A stretch of DNA of 63,704 bases, the filler included, from Octopus bimaculoides (lineage: Eukaryota), in the NCBI RefSeq assembly GCF_001194135.2. It is 7 parts of 5 records of this genome, joined end to end, with 100 filler letters (N's around TTAATTAATTAA, not from the genome) between each part and the next. Parts side by side here need not be neighbours in the genome. Positions count along the whole stretch, not along the records: positions 1 to 14,235 come from NC_068989.1; positions 14,336 to 18,905 come from NC_068986.1; positions 19,006 to 27,544 come from NC_068989.1; 4 more parts are not named here. One strand, given 5' to 3'. The notes beneath the pieces were generated by a model. It had not been told where the DNA came from and made no database searches. It saw only the letters and a list, made by a program, of their open reading frames with translations. Position 1 is the stretch's first letter, and the number at the start of each line of letters is the position of its first letter. This document shows positions 12,801 through 25,002 of the stretch, in pieces. A program made the position numbers and the translations under genes.

Positions 12801-13946
12801 ACTGTATATTCACGTACACCATGATTTTGAAGTGAATATCTTGAAGTTAAATAGCCAAAGTACGGTGTTATCCATTATAAGTATTAGCTAACATGTTTCA
12901 TTTTACTTTCAATCGAATGATAAGAAAGCAAATGGGGGTGAAGGAAGATATATGTTAGATATTTCATCTACTTTCTGTAAATTGTAAATTATCGCTCGAT
13001 GTATATTTACCTAAATGGATATTAAAATTCAGAGGAAGACCAATTTGCTCATGAATATTCATGTGCTCTGCAGCAATAGTTCGGCCAATTGCTCCAAACC
13101 AATATTCAAGTAAGAACATACCAGTCATTGGTTTCAGTATTCTACTTGGCCACGTTTCCGTTTGGATGACTATAATTTGAATTCAGTTACTATTGCTAAC
13201 GTAGAATTTATTTTAGTAATGAATTTAATTGATGATTTAGTAAGATTGCTTTAAAAGAATCTTACAATGTTTTGCATATGTATGAGTATGTTTCGGAAGA
13301 GAAAGTAATGCAAATGCCCTTATGACCTGCTTTATACATATAACTGAAAACGAATATCAAAGCTAAGTTGAACAGTAATAAGCAGTAGCATGCGCGTTGA
13401 AAACTATTTCTTGTACACTCTTGTGGTGATAAAAAAACCCACCTTAAGTATAAACTGGATTTAATTAAATTAACTATGCTTATTATGTCCTAATTTAGAA
13501 AATTGTACCAATATTAGAAAATATTTTATTGCCATTAAAAATTACTAAAATTGCAGAAATGAACTCCATTGATACAAAATTTAGATAAATATAGATGCAA
13601 AATGGTATTGATTTTTCGGAAAATCACATCTATATAAATGGTAAACATTAAGGATAATTACTCGTGTATTTAGATTTTTTCTTTTTTATTGTTGTTGTTG
13701 TGTAAGCTGCGACGATATATTGCGTTCCTAATAATGGAAATGGGTAATTTACAATTACGGAAGCAGAAATCATAACTAATTGAGAAAGTAAGTGTAATAA
13801 ATAATTTTCATTAAAATGTCAATATTTTAACTTCGATGGTTAATTTTGACAAACAGGCGACATTTTGTTCTTTAAAATATTCACTTTTCCCTATCTCTCT
13901 CACTCTCCACTGACTGTCTCTCTATGCTTCTCTCTGTCTCTGTCTG

Positions 13947-13989
<43 letters not shown>

Positions 13990-13992
<3 letters not shown>

Positions 13993-14235
13993 TATGTTGA
14001 GGCCCAAATATTCTCCAGTTTCACTGGTCCCACTCCCGAACTATACGGTCGGTATATCGACGACTGTATCGGTGCCACCTCTCTCTCCCGCGAACATCTT
14101 GACTCGTTCCTCTCTTTCGTTCAATCTTTCCATCCTGCCCTCCACTTCTCCTGTACTGTCTCTGACACCTCTGTCCCCTTTCTCGACATTTCGGTCAGCA
14201 TCCTCCACTCCGCCCTTAGCACCTCCATCCACTAC
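13990..14235 (+). pseudogene. Penelope-like (Poseidon/Neptune-type) reverse transcriptase fragment with YIDD catalytic motif
   Basis: GYVEAQIFSSFTGPTPELYGRYIDDCIGATSLSREHLDSFLSFVQSFHPALHFSCTVSDTSVPFLDISVSI; YIDD at 14053-14064 and the PFLD motif of PLE RT domain 7. Bounded by (CT)n and a gap. Confidence 0.85.
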
Positions 14236-14279
14236 NNNNNNNNNNNNNNNNNNNNNNNNNNNNNNNNNNNNNNNNNNNN

Positions 14280-14291
14280 TTAATTAATTAA
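14280..14291. other. Assembly gap linker TTAATTAATTAA (also at 18950, 27589, 37834, 45236, 55277)
   Basis: An identical 12-mer centred in 44N-12-44N blocks six times; it has stop codons in all six frames. Confidence 0.95.
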
Positions 14292-14439
14292 NNNNNNNNN
14301 NNNNNNNNNNNNNNNNNNNNNNNNNNNNNNNNNNNAGAGAGTTACTATATAGTGTTTGAGAGAAATAAACCATGAATGGATGAAGATGCGATGGATAGTG
14401 AGAGATAGATAGATAAATAGATAAACAGATATATAGATG

Positions 14440-14499
<60 letters not shown>

Positions 14500-15450
14500 G
14501 GGGTGGGGGTGAAAGAATTATTATACAGTGGCGGAGGAGAAAGAAGCCAAGAATGAGTGTTGAAGATGCGATAGATTGTGGAAATGTTAGCTATTTCCTC
14601 TTTGTTTAACATTCCTAATTTATCTCGTCCATAATTTGTGAGTTATGGCTAACGTAAGTTTAACCTTTTCATTTTAAAGATCAAATCAACTTGTCTACAA
14701 GCCAAAACCTCAGAGAGATGTTGCTGTATATATAGATTACCATGATTAATACAGATCTAAGCATATTTTCTTAACACTGTAGAAGTTGAGGAAAACAAAC
14801 TAATGTTCAAGAAAGAAAATTATTAAATAAAATATAAAGTGTTTTCGTCAATTTAAAATAGTAAAAGGCCAACACGCTTGGAGTTTAGAAAGTTTTCTCA
14901 GTTTACAAGTATAATGCTGTTTCATTATTACTAATATTCCTACTATAGTTGTTGTTATTATTATTATTATCCTACTTTCTCCTCCCCGTGTGATACGACT
15001 TTATTTTAAGCATTATCAAATGAAAATTACTTTGGAGTACATGCCAAAAAATATTTTTAGTTTCCTAAGGACAGCCTACCACTGATATTAGTAGGCAGAC
15101 AAAAAAAAGTCTTGCTTTTGTTGACACATTATTTGCTTGTTCATTTTGACCATATTTCACAGCAAAATCGCACATGTAGCACAAAGCAAAACGTTACAAC
15201 AACAAAAAGATGAAAAAGAGACAGCACAAAGCAAATTGCATAAAATGAACAAGAAGAAATTAATGAACGAAGAGAGAAAAANNNNNNNNNNAAATGAACA
15301 AGAAGAAATTAATGAACGAAGAGAGAAAAAATATTTCGAACAGTCTAACAAATAATTTTGAAGATAGCAATAACAGCAACAAAACACTCGCACACAGACA
15401 GACATGTTAAATTGTTCGTATATAGTAGTAGCGTTTACTACTACTATATA

Positions 15451-15576
15451 CGAGGTCGACTTTGCCTTTCATCCCTTCGGGGTTGATAAATTAAGTACCA
15501 GTTGTGTACTGGGGTCAATTTAATCGACTAGCCCCCTCCCCCAAAATTTCAGGCCTTCTGCTTATAATAGAAAGGA
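15451..15576 (+). mobile_element. SINE family A, 5'-truncated, tail type ii
   Basis: cgaggtcgactttgcctttcatcc...ttaagtaccagttg...gactagccccctcccccaaaatttcaggcc...agaaagga followed by (TA)n. Confidence 0.85.
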
Positions 15577-15758
15577 TATATATATATATATAAAATTTAT
15601 TTTAGTGCAAATATTTGTGCTTTATAATTTCAATCAATCAACCCGTTTATATATTGTATGTCTTTCAGCTCCCACCTCGTCTATGTAAATCCCTGGTTTA
15701 AGGTTCATTTGTATTTTTCTATATTTCTGCAATCCTTTGTGGCTAATACAGAAAGGAA

Positions 15759-15810
<52 letters not shown>

Positions 15811-16107
15811 GATTTAAAATCAGTCTGAAGTGTTTGGATCTCCCTTGAGATATGGTGTAATAAAAAATGGATTATTGTCTAAAGTATATTCATGTGTGTG
15901 TATGTGTGTGTGTGCGCGCCCGCGTGTGTGTATGTGTATGTGTGTATATATGTAAGTTTTGACAGTTTGAAGGAGATAAGATTTTAAAATTTAATTTTCT
16001 CTTGGTTTAAGGAGTACAAAAATTACTTCATTGCAACTTTTTTTTACTGATTAGACATTTGGAAAAAAATGTTTTTTTTTTCGTGGCTGTATTTATGNNN
16101 NNNNNNN

Positions 16108-16120
16108 GCTCTTCCGATCT
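16108..16120 (+). other. Illumina adapter remnant GCTCTTCCGATCT at a contig edge
   Basis: Exact 13-nt 3' end of the standard Illumina read primers, directly after a 10-N gap. Confidence 0.85.
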
Positions 16121-16769
16121 ATAATTGTAAATGTCTGTTGTAGTAGTATGAGGGGGTCTGTAATAATAATGGTAGCAACATCCTTATGGAGAGGGGTAGA
16201 AGAGAACCATCCCTTAAAGATATTTTTGCTCACAAATAATAATAATGACAATTCCAGAAAAATAAAAATAACAGCGTGAACAATAACATAGCCAACGGGG
16301 CTGGCATGGATAATAAAGGCATCGAAATCAACGTGAACAATAACAGCAACAACTTTTTGCCAACGTCACTAGTGAATAGAAGGACATGGACCAAACAAAA
16401 AGGCCGGAAAAGGATAAACAATGGGCGACGTATGTCACAAAAGCCGATACCTCTTTGCCCGAGCACTTCGTCAAGAAAATAGAAAAGACAGTAGTGATAT
16501 ACCTCTGCTTCACCAAGGAAAGTGAGAGGTTTCTTCTTCCCTCCAAGGGTTATTTTGAAACGGCTCAAGCTGATGTTTGGCGAAAGGTCTACTCCGTTGG
16601 ACAAAACTAGAATGTAGGAATAATAAATCTGGCGCTGAGAACGGAGGAGGAAGCCAAGAAACAGCCAACGCTCTTGCTTTACACACTTATTTACAGTCTC
16701 ACTTACTCACAGGGTACCAATCCTCTTTCTAGCGGTAGAGTTGTAGTTATGCAATAAACCCTCGAATAT

Positions 16770-16935
16770 CTGTCTGTATTAGGTTCAAATTTTGGTACAA
16801 TTTCAGAGGAGAGGATAAGTTGATTACATGGACTCCTGTGTTCAACTAATACCTCCTTTAACGACCCTAAAAGGATGAAAGACCAGAACGGGAAGACGGG
16901 CTAAATGACGGTCAGCATTTTGTCCAGCGCTATAA
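16770..16935 (-). mobile_element. Degenerate SINE family A copy
   Basis: gattacatggactcc...caactaatacc...gaccctaaaaggatgaaagac is the reverse complement of the family A core. Confidence 0.6.
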
Positions 16936-16972
16936 CGATTCTGCCAGCTCATCATACACACACACACACACA

Positions 16973-17014
<42 letters not shown>

Positions 17015-17039
17015 ACACGATCCTGCCTTATTTTTCAGA

Positions 17040-17165
17040 TGTAATGTTCCAGACTATATTGTGCAATGTTTACTACTGGTAATGACAGTAGGGTGTGAAA
17101 TATTTGACTGCTATTTCTAGCATGCTAAGCAATTATGTAGAGGCTTGTCGCTGGTCTTCCGTTTC
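17040..17165 (-). mobile_element. Degenerate interspersed repeat, family D (agaaatagcagtcaaa motif)
   Basis: tttgactgctatttctag matches the reverse complement of agaaatagcagtcaaa seen at ~26791 and ~41904, and of cctgctatttctag at ~56603. Confidence 0.45.
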
Positions 17166-17750
17166 ATTTATTTATTTGTTGGGGATTCAGATTCCCCACA
17201 GCTCCAGTTCGAACTCTGCCCTTTATAGAATCATCAACTCAAAAACTTTCACTCTGTACCACCTACACGAAGCATGTTACGCTAGATTTACATTTCACTG
17301 ACGAGGTCCAAATATTACCGAAACACGTTAGTAGTTGGTATCTTACTACTGAAGATTAGACTTTCTCCGCTTTATTCTATATTTTATTAAGTTTCACGAA
17401 TAAAAATTTCAAGGTTGTCCCCCTTGTCTGTCTGAACAAGAATTAGTCGTTTAGACAGCGATTGCTCTCATCAGTAATGCTGTAATTTTGATTAATTAAA
17501 ACAACAGCAGTAACGATGACAACAGTAACAATAGCAACGACATTTAGGAAATTTTAATAATTGAGCTTTTTTCTTTGTTTATAATTTCGCTCACTGCATT
17601 AAATATCTTGGCCCTAATTTAATTATTCTGCTTTCTGCAGATAGCGACTCTGAGTAGTTTGTTTCGAGATTTCACTCCATCATCAGTTCCTCTTCTCCCT
17701 TCTCTCTCTCTCTCTCTCCCATCTCTCCTTACTGCGTTTCTCTCTCCCTT

Positions 17751-17810
<60 letters not shown>

Positions 17811-17945
17811 TGTTGCCTTTATTGATTCCTTGTGGACATTTTTCTTTACTTCTCCCGAAACAACGGTTTCCAAAAACAAATGTAGGAAGAGGTATCCGCC
17901 CCGCTCTTCTGCCTCCTCCTCTTCCTGCTCCTGCTCCTACCCCTC

Positions 17946-18003
17946 TTGAGTAACATCATCAACATTATCACCGCTACAATCATCATCATCATCATCATCG
18001 TCG

Positions 18004-18045
<42 letters not shown>

Positions 18046-18178
18046 GCATCAGCCCCACCCACCAACACCACAACCAACAACAGCTAAAACCTCCTCTTTC
18101 TTCCTTTTTTATGCTCCTCCTCCTCCTCTTCCTTTTTATTGCTTCTATGTCTACGTTTTCTTCTACNNNNNNNNNNCG

Positions 18179-18220
<42 letters not shown>

Positions 18221-18340
18221 GCATCAGCCCCACCCACCAACACCACAACCAACAACAGCTAAAACCTCCTCTTTCTTCCTTTTTTATGCTCCTCCTCCTC
18301 CTCTTCCTTTTTATTGCTTCTATGTCTACGTTTTCTTCTA

Positions 18341-18371
<31 letters not shown>

Positions 18372-18420
18372 TTCTTCTTCTTCTTCTCCTCCTCCTCCTC
18401 CTCTTCCTTTTTTTCCCTTC
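17946..18420. repeat. Compound (CAT)n/(CTC)n/(CTT)n low-complexity region with duplicated contig end
   Basis: Direct reading; 18020-18166 is repeated at 18190-18341 across a 10-N gap. Confidence 0.9.
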
Positions 18421-19149
18421 AACCTCTCATTCCACTCCTCTTCCTCCCCTCCGTCCTCCTCTTTCTGCATACCACCAGAGTATCATCTGTCTCATCAATT
18501 ACGATTAGCGAATTAGCGAGAGATTATATTGTGTCGGCTATTTTCCGAGAGACATCGTTGTTGATGGCACCGAGAAAATGGTCGACTGCTGGTGTTGCTG
18601 GTGTTGCTGTTGTTGTTGTTGTTGTTGTTGCTGTTGTAGTTGTCTTGGTTCTGATCTCTTTCATCTGAATGTGTGTATCTTTCTCTAATTGGTGAAATGT
18701 GACACCGCAGTGGGATATCACTGAATGTGTTGACTGCATAAACACAGACTTAGAGAAAGTACACGTTACACATACATACATACATACATACATACATACA
18801 TACATACACACATACATATATACATATCTAAAATGCATATATGCATACGTGCATAGACACAACATAACAAATTGTATGTGTATGTGTGTGTATATATATA
18901 TATATNNNNNNNNNNNNNNNNNNNNNNNNNNNNNNNNNNNNNNNNNNNNTTAATTAATTAANNNNNNNNNNNNNNNNNNNNNNNNNNNNNNNNNNNNNNN
19001 NNNNNTAAGCATATATATATGTATATATATGTATGTATATATATATATGCATGTATTTCATGTAATACTACTCTTAAAATATTTTTGTTTTGCCATCTCC
19101 TTTTTCTTTAAAAGGAAGTTGTCTTGTCACTGGACTTGATTTAGTCTTG

Positions 19150-19661
19150 TGTAATGATATTATGGTGTGGTGGTGGTGGTAATGGTAGTGATGGTGGTGG
19201 TGTTGGTACTGGTTGTGGTGGTGATTCTTGGGGGTTTTTTTATACTGTGTGGTTGTGGTGGGAATTGGTGATCATGGTTATGTGTCATGTTACAGTATAT
19301 GGTGTGAGGTGTTGGTGGTGATCCTTTGCAGTGTTAATGTGTGGTAGTAGTAATAGTTGCGTGAGACAGCATATGCTGCAGCAGTGGTGGTGGTGGTGTG
19401 TTGTGATGGGGATACTGTTTGTTGAAAGTGATAGTGTGACTGTGGTGGGGATAATGATAGGTTGATTACGGTGGCGGTGGTGATGTTTACGGTGATGGTG
19501 GAAGAAGTAATGATTGTTTGATAGTGATGGTGGTGGCAGTGGTGTTGATAGTGTATGTGTGTGTGTGTGTGTGTGATATGATGATATATTATGGTGTAGC
19601 TGACGATATTGTGGTTGAGCTGTGGACAATATGATATGGTAGGTGGATGAGGGACTGGAGT
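19150..19661. repeat. GGT/GAT/GT-rich degenerate simple-repeat tract
   Basis: Direct reading. Confidence 0.8.
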
Positions 19662-20464
19662 NNNNNNNNNNNNNNNNNNNNNNNNNNNNNNNNNNNNNNN
19701 NNNNNNNNNNNNNNNNNNNNNNNNNNNNNNNNNNNNNNNNNNNNNNNNNNNNNNNNNNNNNNNNNNNNNNNNNNNNNNNNNNNNNNNNNNNNNNNNNNNN
19801 NNNNNNNNNNNNNNNNNNNNNNNNNNNNNNNNNNNNNNNNNNNNNNNNNNNNNNNNNNNNNNNNNNNNNNNNNNNNNNNNNNNNNNNNNNNNNNNNNNNN
19901 NNNNNNNNNNNNNNNNNNNNNNNNNNNNNNNNNNNNNNNNNNNNNNNNNNNNNNNNNNNNNNNNNNNNNNNNNNNNNNNNNNNNNNNNNNNNNNNNNNNN
20001 NNNNNNNNNNNNNNNNNNNNNNNNNNNNNNNNNNNNNNNNNNNNNNNNNNNNNNNNNNNNNNNNNNNNNNNNNNNNNNNNNNNNNNNNNNNNNNNNNNNN
20101 NNNNNNNNNNNNNNNNNNNNNNNNNNNNNNNNNNNNNNNNNNNNNNNNNNNNNNNNNNNNNNNNNNNNNNNNNNNNNNNNNNNNNNNNNNNNNNNNNNNN
20201 NNNNNNNNNNNNNNNNNNNNNNNNNNNNNNNNNNNNNNNNNNNNNNNNNNNNNNNNNNNNNNNNNNNNNNNNNNNNNNNNNNNNNNNNNNNNNNNNNNNN
20301 NNNNNNNNNNNNNNNNNNNNNNNNNNNNNNNNNNNNNNNNNNNNNNNNNNNNNNNNNNNNNNNNNNNNNNNNNNNNNNNNNNNNNNNNNNNNNNNNNNNN
20401 NNNNNNNNNNNNNNNNNNNNNNNNNNNNNNNNNNNNNNNNNNNNNNNNNNNNNNNNNNNNNNNN

Positions 20465-20704
20465 TGTTCTACTGATAAGGGATTTAATAGGGTTGCCTGG
20501 CCTTTCAACAACCTTAATTCTTAGCTTAAGTTTGTCTAGGGCCCTTCTAAAGCGGTACGCCAGTTCGCCTCTAGGGGTGGTGTCGACGAACATGACGCTC
20601 TGGTACTTGTGGCTATCGTACCATGAGCTTGCCTTCCCTATTTTCTTCTTAGTCCTTTCTATGGTGTTCCATGATTTGCTCCTATAGAGTGGGCAAATCC
20701 CATT
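20465..20704 (-). pseudogene. Penelope-like element ORF fragment (post-RT thumb/linker region preceding GIY-YIG)
   Basis: NGICPLYRSKSWNTIERTKKKIGKASSWYDSHKYQSVMFVDTTPRGELAYRFRRALDKLKLRIKVVERPGNPIK; the PLYR..W, SVxFVxxTP and IKVVERxG motifs are typical of Neptune-like PLEs. Truncated by a gap and (TA)n. Confidence 0.75.
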
Positions 20705-20749
20705 CTTATATATATATATATATATGTACATATATATATATGTGTGTGT

Positions 20750-21262
20750 GTGTCATCATCAACATCGTTTAACGTCCGTTTTCCATGCTGGCATGGGTTG
20801 GACAGTTTGACTGGGGACTTGCAAGCCAGTAGGCTGTGCCAGGCTCCCGTCTGATCTGGCAAGGTTTCTAGTTGGATGCCCTTCCTAATGCCAACCACCC
20901 TGAAAGTGTAGTGGATGCTTTTTACGTGCCACCAACATGGGGCCACAACTACAGTTTCCACTTTGATTTCAATCTTGATTGGCTTTTGATTTTGATTTTA
21001 ATTTTACTTAACTCAGTAGGTCATCTCAAGTGCAGCGTATTGCCCAATGATTCAAGGGTACTTTTAAATGGGCTGGTTATGCGACACTGGTATAAGCTAT
21101 GGCTGTGATCTCACTTTACTTGCCAAGTCTTCTTAATCGCAACATATCTGCAAAGGTTCACACCTGAAATTTCTTCTCTAGTTCTGGGAGTGATTCAGCT
21201 ATGAGAGCAAAATCATCAGCATAGAGAAGCTCCCAGTGGCAGCCTGTCTTGAATTCTTCTGT
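20750..21262 (-). mobile_element. RTE-clade LINE remnant: RT motif 5 fragment plus 3' end
   Basis: The minus strand at 21262-21165 gives TEEFKTGCHWELLYADDFALIAESLPELEKKFQV (YADD at 21212-21223). The 3' terminus at 20752-20945 ends in a (GAT)n tail and is shared with 25003-25420 and 23655-23710. Confidence 0.8.
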
Positions 21263-21697
21263 NNNNNNNNNNNNNNNNNNNNNNNNNNNNNNNNNNNNNN
21301 NNNNNNNNNNNNNNNNNNNNNNNNNNNNNNNNNNNNNNNNNNNNNNNNNNNNNNNNNNNNNNNNNNNNNNNNNNNNNNNNNNNNNNNNNNNNNNNNNNNN
21401 NNNNNNNNNNNNNNNNNNNNNNNNNNNNNNNNNNNNNNNNNNNNNNNNNNNNNNNNNNNNNNNNNNNNNNNNNNNNNNNNNNNNNNNNNNNNNNNNNNNN
21501 NNNNNNNNNNNNNNNNNNNNNNNNNNNNNNNNNNNNNNNNNNNNNNNNNNNNNNNNNNNNNNNNNNNNNNNNNNNNNNNNNNNNNNNNNNNNNNNNNNNN
21601 NNNNNNNNNNNNNNNNNNNNNNNNNNNNNNNNNNNNNNNNNNNNNNNNNNNNNNNNNNNNNNNNNNNNNNNNNNNNNNNNNNNNNNNNNNNNNNNNN

Positions 21698-21765
<68 letters not shown>

Positions 21766-22787
21766 TGTATGGGGGTATTTTTTTACTCTATATATTTATG
21801 TGATATTTTTTTTTTACTTTCTTTTTTTAAAATTACAGTAGGATGTTTGCTCTTCAAATCTACACCCACCCACTCATCCAGCTCTCCACCTACCCCAACA
21901 ACAACAGCAGCAGCAGCAACAACAACAACAAAACAAATTAATAAGAACATAGAATAGAATTAAACTAATACAAAAATAAAAAATAAAATAGAATGAAATA
22001 TAGCACAGTCTATTAGAGATTTGGGTATTTGCCATGTGTTTTGTAAAAGAATATATTTCCGTCAACTTTGGTTACAAAATTAAGGTTGGATATAATTCTT
22101 CTTTATTTATTGTTGTTGTTGTTGTTGTTGCTGTTTTTATTATGTGTGAATGTGTTTGTGTGTGTGTGTGTGTGTGTTTTGTTTGCAATTTGTATTTTTG
22201 TTAAGGATAAAATTTGAAGAAAGGGTAACTTTATGAAATACCAAGTAAACAGCACTTGGTCTCAATAAAAAAACAACCAAGAACAAACAAATGCTTTTTA
22301 ATCAATTACATATAATTATTGAACACTCTACTCCAGCATGATCACAGTACAAAGACTGAAACCACTAAATCAGAAAGAATGTATGTGTATGAAAAGGAAA
22401 TGTGCTACAAAAAATAACTGACAGACCAGTGGAATGTAGTTGAGCGAAAATGATGCAAAAGGATACATTACATAATATGCAAGGTAAATTCTTGATTTCT
22501 TGGGATTATCTCCCCTCTCTGAGTGGGTAGAACAATTGCTTGGTGGCAATTGGTGCCAACTCAAAATAAGGAAGGGAGATAATCTAAAGAATCAAGAATT
22601 TCTCCAGCATTAACATGCCTTTCAAGAAAATGCAATATGATTACCTGAAGACAAGAGGACAGCTGTGGACATGGATTTCTGTCTCAGTAGATGTCATCTA
22701 GAGTAATTACTCTACCTCATCTTCAGCAGATGAGACATGTAGACATATACAAGAAAGAGCAGATCACATTTATTGTCTGGATAATAT

Positions 22788-23125
22788 GCATGGCTCGTTG
22801 GTTAGAGCTTCGGGCTCACAATCTTGAGGCATTGAGTTTGATTCCTGGACCGGGCTGTGTGCTGTGTTCTTGAGCAAGACACTTTATTTCACATTGCTCC
22901 AGTTCACTCAGCTGTAGGAATGAGTTGTGACATCACTGGTGTCAAGCTCTATCAGCCTTTGCCTTTCCCTTGGATAATATCGGTGGAGTGGAGAGGGGTG
23001 GCTGGTATGCATTGGCAATTGCTGGTCTTCCATAAACAACCTTGCCCAGGCTTGTGCCTTAGAGGGGGACTTCCTAGGTGCAATCCCATGATTATTCATG
23101 ACTAAAGGAGGTTTTTACCCTTTTT
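22788..23125 (+). mobile_element. tRNA-derived SINE family C (A/B boxes plus CORE-like central domain)
   Basis: A box TGGCTCGTTGG (22791), B box GAGTTTGATTCC (~22834), then cttgagcaagacacttt...ccagttcactcagctgt; ends in a T-run. Confidence 0.75.
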
Positions 23126-23719
23126 TAATATGCAAAGATAAATGCTTGATTTATTAAAATCACACACAAATATACCCACTCACACACACACATGCTATCT
23201 AACTATCTTTGTGTGTGTGTGTGTGTGTGTCTGTGTCTGTGTGTGTATTTGTGAAGAATGGCCCGCCTAAGTAAAATCAAGGCCATTAGGGCATGTCCTT
23301 TATGTCCAAACTCGCCACCCTGCACATGATCTGTATGGTGGGTAGGGGAACAAATCTTTCACACAAACCCATCTTCCCAACACCTCCTTTTCCCCCCACC
23401 TCATGCTCACCACCTATTTTTTTTACCTATGGACCCCTTTGAATCCTATTTTACTCAACAGAACCCCCATACCCATTCAATGCTTAAAAATATGCCATAA
23501 TATATTTATAATTAATTATTTATCGAAATTGTATAAATAATGTTAGAATATTTTGTGTATTATAGAAGTATAATGAATTTATTGCACCTAAACTTTAAAA
23601 ACAAAATCTTACATGGAGTCCCAGGGCCAAATGGACTCTGCCTGAGAACCACTAGTCTAACCCATGCCAGCATGGACAATCAGATGTGAAATGATGATGA
23701 TGACGATGATTTATATAAA

Positions 23720-23944
23720 TACAGTGGGTTGGGGCTGAAACATTCCTGGCTTTGAGTAAAAGAAAATACAGGAGCATTAGTTAATTATGATATTATTCAA
23801 CATATTCCACTCTCAGATTCAGACACTTATTGTAGTTGTCCTTCAGTTTTTCTAAGTGCTGTAAAAAAAACTCAGAAGGTTGGGCCTCCAGCCAGGGCTT
23901 TTGTGATACCCTTAAATCCAGGTGCTATTCATCACCCCCTCATA
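23720..23944. mobile_element. Mariner-type MITE (family shared with 38868-39082)
   Basis: Termini gggctgaaacattcctggcttt and aaatccaggtgctattcatcacccc are degenerate inverted repeats. The internal ctctcagattca..cacttattgtag..actcagaaggttggg..ccagccagg is shared with the 38.9 kb copy. Confidence 0.65.
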
Positions 23945-24159
23945 TATATATAANNNNNNNNNNNNNNNNNNNNNNNNNNNNNNNNNNNNNNNNNNNNNNN
24001 NNNNNNNNNNNNNNNNNNNNNNNNNNNNNNNNNNNNNNNNNNNNNNNNCATTGTTCAGTTTTATTTCAAGGTTTCTTGTTGATAGAGAAAGAACCGGTTT
24101 CTAACCTAGATCCAAGGCTCCTTCATTGGAATTTCAATATCAACTACAGGGTATTTTGT

Positions 24160-24380
24160 ATGTATATATGTATGTTTGTATATGTGCAGATGTATGTATG
24201 TATTTATGTATACATGCATATATGCATGCATACATGCATACATACATACATACATACATGCATACATGCATACATGCATACATACATGCATACATACATG
24301 CATACATACATACATACATACATACATACATACATACATACATACATACATACATACACGCATATATAAATACATACATA
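24160..24380. repeat. (ATAC/ATGC)n tetranucleotide microsatellite
   Basis: Direct reading; similar tracts at 18770-18830, 38810-38865, 42918-43108 and 45060-45125. Confidence 0.95.
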
Positions 24381-25002
24381 CAAGGGAGGAGAGAGATTTA
24401 GCTATATGTTAAGAAACTGGTACTGAACAAAGTAGAAATTGAGGAATATGTAACAAACAAAAGTTAACAAAGATTACATTTTCACAAAGAACCAAGGGCT
24501 TTTTTTGTCATCACTTTAGTTAAAATTGTTTTGCTGAAGATAACTGTACAATTTGGTTAGTGGGTCAATGGGTGTAATGGGGTGAAGGAGTCTGTCTGTT
24601 ACTTTCTCTGATTCATAAGATATGTTAGAAAGTTGAAGAAAAAAAGTATCATTTTCAGTTCCAGTTCACCAACACAGTAAATGGTAATCTTATTGGATGA
24701 TATATTTTATGTGACAATGATACGAATGAAATCTGAACAGGGTTTTAATAAATTTCGCTGTCAAAATGATTCTATTGATTAAGAAAATGAAGAATTTGAA
24801 GAAGAAGGAAAGAAAAGGAATGAAAGAAATGAAAAAAGTTGTTAACCGATTAATTTTTCTGACAAAGATGTTGCAATCATTGTTTCTTGGTTCATATTTA
24901 CCATTGCACAGAATTTAACAAAACTGTTATAAGCATATAACTATAATAAGAAAATAGTTGTGCTTGAAAGTGACTTGACAGCTACCATACATAGATACAT
25001 AC

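Noticed and set aside
14280-14291. Recurrent TTAATTAATTAA motif between N runs, which could look like a spacer-repeat array
   Set aside because: A synthetic scaffolding linker, always centred in a 100-nt gap block.
15242-15335. Direct repeat aaatgaacaagaagaaattaatgaacgaagagagaaaaa on both sides of a 10-N gap
   Set aside because: Unmerged overlapping contig ends; assembly artefact.
17660-17700. Minus-strand CUGAUGA...CUCGAAAC motif
   Set aside because: Stem II is mismatched at the core-proximal pairs and stems I and III are weak; compatible with chance.
18020-18341. ~150-bp exact tandem duplication with poly-His/Gln frames
   Set aside because: The copies are identical and straddle a 10-N gap; artefact of unmerged contig ends.
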